38,800 bases of DNA from contig JAPPJA010000422.1 of assembly GCA_028874675.1 (NCBI GenBank), forward strand, positions 1 through 38,800, given 5' to 3'. How positions within the stretch are numbered: position 1 is the first letter of the stretch; each line of letters starts with the position of its first letter. The stretch is from Chloroflexota bacterium (lineage in GTDB: Bacteria; Chloroflexota; Dehalococcoidia; Lucifugimonadales; UBA3495). Position numbers and translations under genes: made by a program. Positions 15,955-24,642 of this stretch are shown here, piece after piece. The notes beneath the pieces were generated by a model. That model was not told the DNA's origin and did not search any database. It was given only the letters and a program-made list of their open reading frames with translations.

Positions 15955-17835
15955 ATGGGTTTTTGGTCGAAAAAGGGACCCCGCGCACTATTAGCTGGTG
16001 TCTTGATTAGTGTGCTCGCCTTCGTGGTGGCCTGCGGTTCCGCAGCTCCCGAGGTTGTCGAAAGGGAGGTTGTCAGAGAGGTAACCGTAGAGGTACCCAA
16101 GGAAGTCGAGGTTGTCAAGGAAGTCGAGGTACCCGTAGAGGTAGAGAGAGAGGTAGTCAGGGAAGTCGAGGTTGTCAAGGAAGTTGAGGTGCTGAAGGAA
16201 GTACCTAAGGAAACCGTCGTCGAAAAGACAGTCATCGCCACCCCGACTCCCATCCCCGCAATGATGGCAGAGGTCGAGGCAAAGGTCGAACGCGTAATCT
16301 ACGCCCTGGGTGAAGTGCAGGAGACCAACCGGCACTGGACCGTCGGCCGACCTTCTTACTATCAGTTTGACCCCTATTCGGAAACCCTGATTGGCCTGGA
16401 CGCCCAGACCAACGAGCGCATCCCCCGCCTGGCCAAGTCCTGGGAGTCGTCTCCCGACGGCCGGGTCTGGACCTTCAACCTGGAAGAGGGAGTTCCCTTC
16501 CACTTCGATTACGGGGAATTCACCTCCGCGGACGTTGTAGCGTCCTTTGACCGGATTCTCGGTGAAGATTCGCAGGTATCCGCAGTCTCATTCTTTAATG
16601 GGGCCACCTACGAGGCGCTGGACGACTACACCGTGCAACTATCTTTCCCGTCCATCGCCCTGGACACGCCCTCCATCGTTTCCCGCGGCTTTGGCGGCGG
16701 CGAAATTATGATGCTCAGCAAGAAGCAGTTTGACGACGTCGGCGTCGAGGGCTTCGACGAACAGCCGGCCGGCACCGGTTCCTACCAGTACGGCGGCAAG
16801 ACCCTGGGCCAGGGCATCTGGTTCGAGAAGGCCGCACAGCCCCACTGGCGCGGTGAGAATCCCGACTTCGATGAAGTGGAACTGCGCTGGGTCCGCGAGG
16901 ACCTGACTCGCCTGGCGGCCTTGCTCACCGGTGAGATTCACGTCGCGGCCCTGTCTCGCGAACTGCAGCTGGAAGCCGGAAGGCGCGGCATGCAGCCCGC
17001 CGCGGCCGGCGTGCCCACCAACTACCTGACCATGTTCCTGGGCGGCCAGTACTACGGCGCCTACCAGGATGACTATGACCCCAGCGTACCCTGGGCAAGC
17101 CCCGAAACCGGCAAGATGGTACGCCAGGCCATGAACAAGGCCATCAACCGGCAGGAAATGCTGGACCACGTACTTAAGGGCGACGGCGAACTGATGCTGC
17201 TTACCCAGTATCACCCCGTCCTCGGTACCTGGAACGAACAGTGGGAAGCAGACTGGGAAGAGTATTATGGCTATGATCAGGAAGCGGCAAAGCAGCTTAT
17301 GGCCCAGGCTGGCTTCAGCCCGGAGAACCCCATGCCCTTCACTTCCTACAACTACTTCTCCGCCGACGAGCCGGAGACCGCGGTAATGCTGGAAGCCCTG
17401 ATCAACTATTGGGAGCCCGTCGGCATTGATGTAACCCTGCTGGACAGCGAGTGGGGCACGGTTCGCAGCAACTACCGCGAGCGCACCGACTTCATCAAGA
17501 AGGGCGGCTGGGGCAACGTTATCACCATGCGGTCCCTGACCAACCGGCTGCGCAGCTGGTCCTCCGCGCAGGGCGTGGGTGGCGCCGGATACTACTCCGA
17601 CATCATTGAGCGCAATTATGCCGCTTACCAGGCCCTGGATACCGCGGACTACGACCGGATCAACGAGCTGCTCCTGGAAGTTGGCGACGACAAGTTCTAC
17701 AACTTTGCCGACATCCCCTTCTTCTGGTTCAGCCTGACGGTAATGTTCAACCCCGACGTGGTTGAGAGCTGGACCTTCCCCGGCACCGCCGGTTCGAAGA
17801 CCAGCCACTGGAACCTGCTTCGCGCAGCCCAGTAA
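15955..17835 (+). CDS. ABC transporter substrate-binding lipoprotein, family 5, with (E/K)V-repeat stalk (paralogue 2)
   Basis: ATG 15955 lies after GGGGAGG. Lipobox VVAC|GS, EV-rich linker of the same length as paralogue 1, SBP_bac_5-like body. Confidence 0.9.
   Translation: MGFWSKKGPRALLAGVLISVLAFVVACGSAAPEVVEREVVREVTVEVPKEVEVVKEVEVPVEVEREVVREVEVVKEVEVLKEVPKETVVEKTVIATPTPIPAMMAEVEAKVERVIYALGEVQETNRHWTVGRPSYYQFDPYSETLIGLDAQTNERIPRLAKSWESSPDGRVWTFNLEEGVPFHFDYGEFTSADVVASFDRILGEDSQVSAVSFFNGATYEALDDYTVQLSFPSIALDTPSIVSRGFGGGEIMMLSKKQFDDVGVEGFDEQPAGTGSYQYGGKTLGQGIWFEKAAQPHWRGENPDFDEVELRWVREDLTRLAALLTGEIHVAALSRELQLEAGRRGMQPAAAGVPTNYLTMFLGGQYYGAYQDDYDPSVPWASPETGKMVRQAMNKAINRQEMLDHVLKGDGELMLLTQYHPVLGTWNEQWEADWEEYYGYDQEAAKQLMAQAGFSPENPMPFTSYNYFSADEPETAVMLEALINYWEPVGIDVTLLDSEWGTVRSNYRERTDFIKKGGWGNVITMRSLTNRLRSWSSAQGVGGAGYYSDIIERNYAAYQALDTADYDRINELLLEVGDDKFYNFADIPFFWFSLTVMFNPDVVESWTFPGTAGSKTSHWNLLRAAQ
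16048..16233 (+). repeat. Purine-rich (GARGTN)n tract encoding the (E/K)V-repeat stalk of paralogue 2
   Basis: Encodes PEVVEREVVREVTVEVPKEVEVVKEVEVPVEVEREVVREVEVVKEVEVLKEVPKETVVEKTV. Confidence 0.8.
17326..17492 (+). repeat. 167-bp tract 100% identical to 15165-15331 (inside SBP paralogue 2)
   Basis: See the feature at 15165-15331. Confidence 0.85.
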
Positions 17836-17888
17836 ACCGCCGTAGCGGTCAACCGCCCTGACGACCAGGGCAGGAACAGTCTAAATCG

Positions 17889-17921
17889 GGCCCCCCGGAA
17901 CCCGCCGGGGGGCCGTTTCTT
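17889..17921 (+). terminator. Probable rho-independent terminator after SBP paralogue 2
   Basis: Stem ggccccccgg (17889-17898) / ccggggggcc (17905-17914), loop aacccg, then gtttctt. Confidence 0.6.
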
Positions 17922-18047
17922 GGCTCCTGTGGTATCATCCACCAACAAACCGGAAGGGACACCTGCCGGACGGTTCTTGCGGCGCACGCATGCGCACTCA
18001 ATGTCAGGCTTCCCTCGTATCTGCAAACATTTGATTCTGGAGGAATA

Positions 18048-19262
18048 ATGGCGACACAAACGCAGGAAATCCGGAACATGCGATTAATTTCCCATCACGA
18101 CCTCAACGGCTACGGGAACATCGGTGAAGGCGTCCACCTGCACCAGACCTCCGATGGCCGCCGCGTCCTGTACATGGCCCACGAGAGCGCTCCCAAGGAC
18201 ATCACCAGCGTGGACGTCACAGACATTGCCAACCCCAGGCTGCTGTCCCAGACGGAACTGGCTTATGGTCACCTGCGTTCCAACTCCCTGTCCATCGTGG
18301 ACGACACCATGCTGGTGGCCTACCAGTCCCTGGAGCCCGGCCAGCCGGGCACGGGCATGGGCGTGTACAACATCAGCAACCCCGAGGAACCCCGCCAGAT
18401 CGGCTTCATGGACCTGGGCGGACAGTACTCTCGCGGGTGCCACTGCCTCTGGTGGGCCGAGGGCAACTACGCCCACCTTTCCACCGGCGCCGCCGACTTC
18501 CAGCCCCGCAACCAGAAGGACGACCAGTTCTACATGATCGTGGACGTCTCCGACCCAACCTCGCCGCAGGAAGCGGGCCGCTGGTGGTTCCCCGGAACCC
18601 GCGAAGGAGACGCCGACCCGATGCCGGCCCGCCATCCCCAGTTCGACGCCGGCCATCGCCTGCACAACGGCAACGTCTATCCCGAGCGCCCCGACCGGGC
18701 CTACTGCGCCTACATGGATTCCGGCGTGGTCATCCTGGATATCGAGGACAAGGCCAACCCCAGGATGGTCAGCCACATCAACTACGCCCCGCCCTTCCCG
18801 GGCTTCACCCACACGGTTCTGCCCCTGTTCAACCGCGACCTGATGCTGGTGACCCAGGAAGCGGTGCGGCTGGGCGGCGAGGACTACCCCAAGCTGATGT
18901 GGATGATGGACATTCGGGATGAGACCAACCCCATCATCATCAGCACCCTGCCCATGCCGGATACGGACGACTTCTTCAACCGCCCCGGCCGCTTCGGCGC
19001 CCATAACGTTTACGAGAATCAGCCCGGTTCCACCTGCTTTTTCTCCGACAACCTGATTTTCGCCACCCTGTTCAACGCCGGCGTGCGCGTTTACGACACC
19101 AGCGACCCCTTCCGCCCCGAGGAGGTTGCCTACTTCGTGCCGGAGATCCCCGAAGGCGCCCCCTCCAACGGCATTAACGACGTGTACGTGGACGAAAACG
19201 GCATTATGTACGTGGTGGACCGACTGAAGGGTGGCCTCTACATTCTGGAGCTGACCATCTAA
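18048..19262 (+). CDS. LVIVD-repeat beta-propeller protein (function unknown)
   Basis: 404 aa, GGAGG RBS. Repeated (I/V)xDxS(N/D)Pxx P segments: VDVTDIANPRL, VYNISNPEEPRQ, MIVDVSDPTSPQ, VILDIEDKANPRM, VRVYDTSDPFRPE. Confidence 0.7.
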   Translation: MATQTQEIRNMRLISHHDLNGYGNIGEGVHLHQTSDGRRVLYMAHESAPKDITSVDVTDIANPRLLSQTELAYGHLRSNSLSIVDDTMLVAYQSLEPGQPGTGMGVYNISNPEEPRQIGFMDLGGQYSRGCHCLWWAEGNYAHLSTGAADFQPRNQKDDQFYMIVDVSDPTSPQEAGRWWFPGTREGDADPMPARHPQFDAGHRLHNGNVYPERPDRAYCAYMDSGVVILDIEDKANPRMVSHINYAPPFPGFTHTVLPLFNRDLMLVTQEAVRLGGEDYPKLMWMMDIRDETNPIIISTLPMPDTDDFFNRPGRFGAHNVYENQPGSTCFFSDNLIFATLFNAGVRVYDTSDPFRPEEVAYFVPEIPEGAPSNGINDVYVDENGIMYVVDRLKGGLYILELTI

Positions 19263-19327
19263 AACCACCCGCATCAACCCTGATGCGCCACCTCAATGGT
19301 CCCCTGGACAATGAAAGGGTGGACAAT

Positions 19328-19384
19328 GAAAAGGCGCCCCGCTGTGTTTGCATTCCGCAGCACGGCGGGGCGCAAGCTTTTGTA
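19328..19384. terminator. Probable bidirectional terminator between convergent genes
   Basis: Stem gcgccccgc (19334-19342) / gcggggcgc (19365-19373), flanked by gaaaag on the left and aagcttttgt on the right, so a U-tract is available on both strands. Confidence 0.55.
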
Positions 19385-19393
19385 AAGTGTGAC

Positions 19394-21049
19394 CTACTGG
19401 CGTCCCCGCAGCATCAGGAATGCCAGCGGCACGGAAGAGGCCAGGATCAGCAGCAGGGCCGGAGCCGCCGCCTGGGCAAAAAAGGCCTCGGAAGCAGCGC
19501 TCCATATGGATGTGGCCAGCGTGGGAAACCCCGTGGGCCGCAGGATAAGCGTGGCCGGCAGTTCCTTCATTGTGAGCAGGAACACCAGCGCCGCCCCGGA
19601 AAGCAGCCCCGGGCGTACCAGCGGCAGGGTGATGGACGCAAAAACCTGGGGCGCTGTCCGGCCCAGGCTGCGGGCCGCGTCCTCCACCCGGGGGTTCACC
19701 TGCAGGACCGACGACCTGACAGTTCCGACGGCGGCGGGCAGAAACAGCACCACGTAGGCGAAGATCAACAGGGTCAGGTTCTGGTAAAGCAACCGTGCAA
19801 AATTGGCCCCGAAAAACACCAGCCCCAGCGCCACCGCTATGCCGGGCAGGGCAAACCCCACGTAGGTAATGCGTTCCAGCAGGGAACTCAAGGGTCCCGA
19901 ATGGCGTACCGCCAGGGTGGCTATGGGAAAGGCCGTCAGCACCGCGAATCCTGCGGCCAGCGCGGACACCAGCAGGGAGTTGCCTGCCGCTTCCCACAGC
20001 AGCAGCAGGGGCTCCCCCGCCGCTACACCCCTCACTACCCAGTAGGCCAGGACCGCCATGGGGAGAACCAGGGATACCAGCGCGACCAGGCCACAGAACG
20101 CAAAGGAAGGCCACTTCCACCGGCCCAGGGGCACCGCCTGTGCCGGGCGGGCGACTCCCTGGTCCACCCGGTAGTAGCGCGTCCTTCCCCGGGTGAAGTA
20201 CTCGAGTAGCAGGAACGCCAGGGCCAGCGCCACCAGGAAAAGGGAAAAGGCGGCGCCCAGGGTGCGGTCCAGGGCCGACTCGTACTGAATGAAAATTGCC
20301 CAGGTGAAGGTCTCGTATCGCAGCAGGGAAACCGCTCCGAAATCGCTCAGGGTGTAAAGGCCCACCAGCAGGCTTCCGGCGGCCATGGCCGGCCGCAGCA
20401 GGGGTACCGAGACTCGCCAGAAGGTGGCCCGCCAGCTGTACCCAAGCCCCCGGGAGGACTCTTCCAGGCTGGGGTCCAGCCTCAGCATGGCGGCGCGAAC
20501 CGTCAGGAATACGTAGGGATAGCTCAGGAGGGTCAGGGTCAGCGCCGCCCCGGGGAAGCCGTTGATGTCTGGCAATCGTTCCAGCCCCACCAGCCCTTCC
20601 AGGAACCCCTGCAGCATACCCCGGGGCCCCAGCGCCACCACCACGGCGAAGCCGGCAACGTAGCTGGGAATAACCAGGGGCAGCGTTACCAGCACTCCCC
20701 ACATCTTTGCCAGGGGCAGGTCGGAACGTAGCGTCAGCCAGGCCAGGGGCAGGGCTATCAGCAGGGACGCGAAGGTGACCGCGCCCACCAACAGCAGGGT
20801 ACGGAGGAGCAGCTCCAGCACTCTCCATCGCAGCAGGGCTTCCAGGAACTCCTGGCCCGCTCCCAGGGAACGAATTACCAGGTAAGCCGGAGACATCAAG
20901 AGCAACAGCCCAATGGCCAGGGCCGGGAGCCACAGGAAGGGAGAGGGGCCGTCAATTACCCCGACCCGGCGCAGGGTCGGGGCGAGAAGTTTCAACACCA
21001 GCGCAGCCAAGGGATGAACGCGTCCTTGCATCGACAGGAATTCTGCCAA
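19394..21049 (-). CDS. Iron(III)-type ABC transporter permease, fused double-domain (FbpB/ThiP family)
   Basis: 551 aa, about 12 TM segments, two BPD_transp_1-like halves. The start abuts the stop of the upstream SBP gene (21049/21050). The other-frame ORF 19293-20933 is a Pro/Gly/Arg-rich shadow. Confidence 0.85.
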   Translation of the reverse strand: MAEFLSMQGRVHPLAALVLKLLAPTLRRVGVIDGPSPFLWLPALAIGLLLLMSPAYLVIRSLGAGQEFLEALLRWRVLELLLRTLLLVGAVTFASLLIALPLAWLTLRSDLPLAKMWGVLVTLPLVIPSYVAGFAVVVALGPRGMLQGFLEGLVGLERLPDINGFPGAALTLTLLSYPYVFLTVRAAMLRLDPSLEESSRGLGYSWRATFWRVSVPLLRPAMAAGSLLVGLYTLSDFGAVSLLRYETFTWAIFIQYESALDRTLGAAFSLFLVALALAFLLLEYFTRGRTRYYRVDQGVARPAQAVPLGRWKWPSFAFCGLVALVSLVLPMAVLAYWVVRGVAAGEPLLLLWEAAGNSLLVSALAAGFAVLTAFPIATLAVRHSGPLSSLLERITYVGFALPGIAVALGLVFFGANFARLLYQNLTLLIFAYVVLFLPAAVGTVRSSVLQVNPRVEDAARSLGRTAPQVFASITLPLVRPGLLSGAALVFLLTMKELPATLILRPTGFPTLATSIWSAASEAFFAQAAAPALLLILASSVPLAFLMLRGRQ

Positions 21050-22117
21050 TTATGGCAGAACTCCCGTCTCCTGCAACAAGGCCTGGGTACCGGCCAGGTC
21101 CGTCAGGTCTCCTGCGGTCAGGTCGGGCTTCATAATGTCGTCCAGCGCCACCAGGATTCGCTGGGTATTGACCCCTTCCACCAGCGGGTATTCGAAAGTT
21201 TGACCGGCGAAGTACTGCTGTGCCACCGGCGACAGCATAAACTCCAGGAACCTCTCGGCGTTGTCCCCGTTTTCGGCGCCGGTCAGAATGCCGGCCCCGG
21301 CCACCATTACCATGGCGCCCGGCCCGCCGGCCCTGGGATGGTAGTTGCGCGCCGAAAAGTCGTCGCCCTCCTCGGCCAGGAACCGGAACAGGTAGTAATG
21401 GTTAACGAAACCCACGTCAATTTCGCCGGAGGCCGCCGCCGCCACCTGGGGCGTGTTCTTGGGGTAAACCTTGGGGTTGTTGGCCTGAACCCCCTCCAGC
21501 CATTCCCGCGTTCGCTCTTCTCCCCACTGGCTGCGCATGGCCGTCACCATGGTCTGGAATGAGGCGTTTGTGGGGGCCCAGCCAATGCGGTCCCGCCATG
21601 CCGGGTCCGTAAAGCCGGACATGTCGTCGGGCAGGTCCGCCTCGGTCAGGTTGTCGGTATTGTAAACCACCGTCCGGGCACGTCCGGATATGCCTACCCA
21701 GTTGCCCTGGGGCGACCTCGCCCACTCCGGCACCTGTTGCAGCAGGTCCGCCGGCAGGGTTTCCAGCATGGCGCCCACGGCCCCCAGGCCGCCGGGCTCC
21801 TGGGCGAAAAAGAGGTCCGCGGGCGAGTTATCCCCCTCTTCCAGCAGCGTGGCCGCCAGCTGGCCCGTGTTGGCGTATCTCACCTCCACGTCGATGCCCG
21901 TAGCCTCGGCGAACTGCTGGATGATATTGTCCACCAGCGACTCGCTGCGGCCGGAGTAAACCACCAGCTTTCCGGGGTCCACTTCCTTTTCTACCACAAC
22001 CTCCACGGGCACTTCCTGGATAACCTCGCGGGTACACCCGGCCACCAGCAGCGCCAGACAGGCGGCGGCTATCGTCATGAATAAGGTCAAACGGCCATTA
22101 AGCAAAACTCCAGTCAT
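21050..22117 (-). CDS. Iron(III)-type ABC transporter substrate-binding lipoprotein (FbpA/AfuA family, SBP family 1)
   Basis: 355 aa. GGAGGG lies 5 nt before ATG 22117. Lipobox LVAGC|T. KLVVYSGRSESLVDNIIQQF...VRYANTG is typical of ferric SBPs. Confidence 0.8.
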   Translation of the reverse strand: MTGVLLNGRLTLFMTIAAACLALLVAGCTREVIQEVPVEVVVEKEVDPGKLVVYSGRSESLVDNIIQQFAEATGIDVEVRYANTGQLAATLLEEGDNSPADLFFAQEPGGLGAVGAMLETLPADLLQQVPEWARSPQGNWVGISGRARTVVYNTDNLTEADLPDDMSGFTDPAWRDRIGWAPTNASFQTMVTAMRSQWGEERTREWLEGVQANNPKVYPKNTPQVAAAASGEIDVGFVNHYYLFRFLAEEGDDFSARNYHPRAGGPGAMVMVAGAGILTGAENGDNAERFLEFMLSPVAQQYFAGQTFEYPLVEGVNTQRILVALDDIMKPDLTAGDLTDLAGTQALLQETGVLP

Positions 22118-22318
22118 TCATACCCTCCGGGTTGTTTCAGGAGATCCCCTGAATTTCCTCTCGCTTCCAGTCGCTGCTTTGCCAAAAAGACATAAAGGGA
22201 GACCGGATCCACTGCCAGGGAGGAAGGTTGCGAAAGGAGCAGAAACGGTCTGCTCGAATATTGTTAATAAGTATAGACATTGTTTTTAAATGAATATAGC
22301 AATGTACTGTTGCGCTGA

Positions 22319-22347
22319 CAATAACACTGTTGTTTATAAGTGTCAAC
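22319..22347 (-). promoter_or_regulatory. Candidate promoter for the Fe ABC SBP-permease operon (TTGACA-17-TATTGT on the minus strand)
   Basis: tgtcaa at 22342-22347 and acaata at 22319-22324 on the plus strand, in an AT-rich block. It implies a leader of about 195 nt. Confidence 0.35.
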
Positions 22348-22752
22348 AATTTTAACTGGCATTTGCCAGCGCCTCCGGCAGCGCAACCAACCGCCGGCGT
22401 ACTTCAACAAGGCAAAAACAAACCCGGGCCCGGCGCGGCCCTCAATCACTTCTGGTAAGGGAGGTCTGGCCTGGAATCGGGGCTTGAGACCTCTTACTTT
22501 ACACCCCGCCGGGGGCTCCGGAGAGCGGGGTCATGAGCCCAAGGGTTGGTCTGCTTACGCCATCGCTGCCAGTTGCCGAATTAGTGAAATTGCGAACAAT
22601 TGCAGTTTAGAAACACAGCGCCGGATAGCCGCCCAGAAGAGGATAGTTGGCGTAATTCACCTCAAACAAACTGCGGTATGTTCCTGCCAATCAACATGCG
22701 AAAACTATTGCATTCGTCTGTCATAACCTTTATTATTGTGTCGGCTTAAAAG

Positions 22753-22782
22753 ATGGCAATGAATAGACGATGAAGGTATAAT
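22753..22782 (+). promoter_or_regulatory. Candidate promoter for the ABC ATPase gene (ATGGCA-18-TATAAT)
   Basis: TATAAT at 22777-22782 and a weak -35 at 22753-22758, in an AT-rich block. It implies a leader of about 180 nt. Confidence 0.3.
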
Positions 22783-22968
22783 GCGCTGACAGGGCAGGAT
22801 TGCTGATGCGGTGATGTCAGTGGTCTATCGAAGCCCTTTAGTGTACGGAGGCTGTCTTTGGTAATCAGGGAACGACTTGCCGCCACTTCCCCGCAAGGCC
22901 AGAATCATGCGGCGGATTCCAGCAGCGGCGCCGCGCATTGGGGTTTGGCGGGAGGCGACGACGGGCCC

Positions 22969-24009
22969 ATGGTGGAGTGCCTCGGCCTGGTCAAGCGGTT
23001 CAACGGTGTAATGGCCCTCCAGGATTTCAGCGTCCAGGTTCCCAAGGGTCGCATACTGGCCCTCCTTGGTCCCAGCGGCTGCGGCAAGACCACGGCCCTT
23101 CGCCTGATGGCCGGATTTTCCAATCCCGACGCGGGCGCCATCAAGGTGGCCTCCGAGACCGTTTACGATCAGGGCGTCTGCACTCCCCCCGAAAAGCGCC
23201 GGGTTGGCATGGTATTCCAGGAAGGCGCGCTCTTTCCCCACCTGACCGTGGAGCAGAACATTGCCTACGGACTTCCCAAGGGTGAGGACCGCTCCCAGCG
23301 AGTGGCCGAAGTTGTGCAGCTGACCGGCCTGGAAGGCCTGACCCAGCGCATGCCCTACGAACTTTCCGGTGGCCAGCAACAGAGGGTGGCCCTGGCCCGG
23401 GCCCTGGCTCCCCGTCCCGAGCTGCTTCTCCTGGACGAGCCTTTCTCCAACCTCGACCCCGGTCTCCGCGAGCAGGTACGCCGCGACGTCGTTGCCATAC
23501 TGCGTTCCAACGGCATCACCGCCGTCTTCGTAACCCACGACCAGGAAGAGGCAATGTACGTGGGCGACACCATCGCTGTTATGAACCGGGGCCGCATCGA
23601 GCAGCAGGGGACCCCCGAGGAGATTTTCCACCGTCCCCGCAGCAAGTTCGTCGCCGAATTCATCGGAATGGTGGATTTCGTACCCGGCCAGCGGGATGGC
23701 GAAACCTTCTCAACCTCCATAGGCTCCACCCGGTGGCAGTCTCTCATCCAGCGGGAAGGTGTCCTGGAGGCCATGGTCCGCCCCGACTGTATCGACTGCT
23801 ACCCCTCGGCGGAAGGCAACGGTGTCATCGTGGAACGCGAGTTCCGGGGCGCCTTCTACTTGTACTGGGTTGCCCTGGACTGTGGCGTGACGGTACGCAG
23901 CCTGCTCTCCCATACCGACGAGTATGAAGTCGGCGCCCGGGTAAGCGCCCAGGTTCGCTGCGGACACTCCCTTCGTCCCTTTGTTGACGGGGTCGCCATC
24001 GAGGACTAG
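22969..24009 (+). CDS. ABC transporter ATP-binding protein (FbpC/PotA-like, with C-terminal TOBE-like domain)
   Basis: ATG 22969 lies after GGAGGCGA. Walker A GPSGCGKTT, signature LSGGQQQRVALARAL, Walker B LLLLDEPFSNLD. The upstream part of track ORF 22858-24009 was discarded. Confidence 0.88.
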   Translation: MVECLGLVKRFNGVMALQDFSVQVPKGRILALLGPSGCGKTTALRLMAGFSNPDAGAIKVASETVYDQGVCTPPEKRRVGMVFQEGALFPHLTVEQNIAYGLPKGEDRSQRVAEVVQLTGLEGLTQRMPYELSGGQQQRVALARALAPRPELLLLDEPFSNLDPGLREQVRRDVVAILRSNGITAVFVTHDQEEAMYVGDTIAVMNRGRIEQQGTPEEIFHRPRSKFVAEFIGMVDFVPGQRDGETFSTSIGSTRWQSLIQREGVLEAMVRPDCIDCYPSAEGNGVIVEREFRGAFYLYWVALDCGVTVRSLLSHTDEYEVGARVSAQVRCGHSLRPFVDGVAIED

Positions 24010-24289
24010 GACCCATTTCCCCAACCCTTTCCCTCGCCAGGGGAGGGCCGGGCTGGCGTTGACGCCCTTGAGTGCGTTGCCACAGGAAACAGGCGCCAGC
24101 CCTCACCAGCCCTGGAGACGGCTTCCAGGATAGGCCGCCGGACCCTGATTCCCCTTCCTTTCCCTATACCCCCGATCCCGTTGAACTTGCCACAGTCCGC
24201 GCGCCCTGGAGGTCGCCAGGGTTGGCGGTTCCCGCTCACTCCCTCATTTCAGCTGACTCTTGGCAGGGTAATAGCCCGGGCTGCCACCG

Positions 24290-24318
24290 TTGCCCGGCCT
24301 ACTATAATATAGTATAAT
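24290..24318 (+). promoter_or_regulatory. Candidate sigma70 promoter (TTGCCC-17-TATAAT)
   Basis: TTGCCC at 24290-24295 and TATAAT at 24313-24318, in an AT-rich block. The next ORF start is about 320 nt downstream. Confidence 0.4.
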
Positions 24319-24328
24319 AAATACTATA
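24308..24328. promoter_or_regulatory. Perfect palindrome TATAGTAT-aataa-ATACTATA overlapping the -10 (possible operator)
   Basis: 8-bp arms at 24308-24315 and 24321-24328 with a 5-nt spacer. Confidence 0.35.
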
Positions 24329-24642
24329 GCTTATTAACATTATTCGGAATTATTTGGAGCCAATCAGGGTCTTGTCCCCTGTCCCTCTTCGGGCCCGGGT
24401 CTTTCGCTTATCCCGTTCCCCTTTGAGGGGGGAGGCTCAGGGTGGGGGTAAAATTCTCGCCGGAGGCCCGCAGCCCAACGCGAAATTTGTCCCACTGACT
24501 GAAACGAGGCAAGGCATCCACGGTAATCGAAGCCCTCGCCTCCGGGCTTAGAGACCCTGACGGGCCCGGATATGACGCTCAACAACGACGATGCTGTCGG
24601 CAAAACCGGCGATCTGCCAGTCAGCGAAGGGAGACTCAAACA

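Noticed and set aside
17785-17800. A GGTTCGAAG-like string reminiscent of a tRNA T-arm (also at about 15628).
   Set aside because: It lies inside the SBP coding sequences (…GTAGSKTSHW…) with no acceptor or anticodon arm context. No tRNA or rRNA gene was recognised anywhere in the window.
19293-20933. 546-aa minus-strand ORF in another frame of the Fe ABC permease gene, and the 308-aa plus-strand ORF 19283-20209.
   Set aside because: Pro/Gly/Arg-rich low-complexity translations. The 19394-21049 frame gives a normal 12-TM permease.
22262-22270. The exact 9-mer TGTTAATAA occurs three times in AT-rich intergenic blocks (15765-15773, 22262-22270, and the reverse complement at 24331-24339).
   Set aside because: Post-hoc observation. 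In a ~78-kb two-strand search space many 9-mers recur three times by chance, and the AT-rich blocks are compositionally biased. Not enough to call a binding site.
22340-22726. 128-aa ORF in the long divergent intergenic region.
   Set aside because: Cys/Arg-rich random-looking sequence, no RBS, and it spans AT-rich promoter-like and GC-rich hairpin sequence. Treated as non-coding (see the finding on this region).
24077-24088. The 12-mer TTGCCACAGGAA is shared with 13449-13460, both in GC-rich intergenic DNA after GCTGGCG.
   Set aside because: Exact 12-mer pairs are expected by chance many times in a window of this size. The surrounding similarity is patchy.
24440-24560. Cobalamin-riboswitch-like motif series.
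   Set aside because: Not annotated as an ncRNA feature. Each block matches the consensus only partially, the expected P4 pairing around GGTGAAAATCC is not evident, and the downstream gene is atypical. Kept only as a hypothesis that needs cmsearch.
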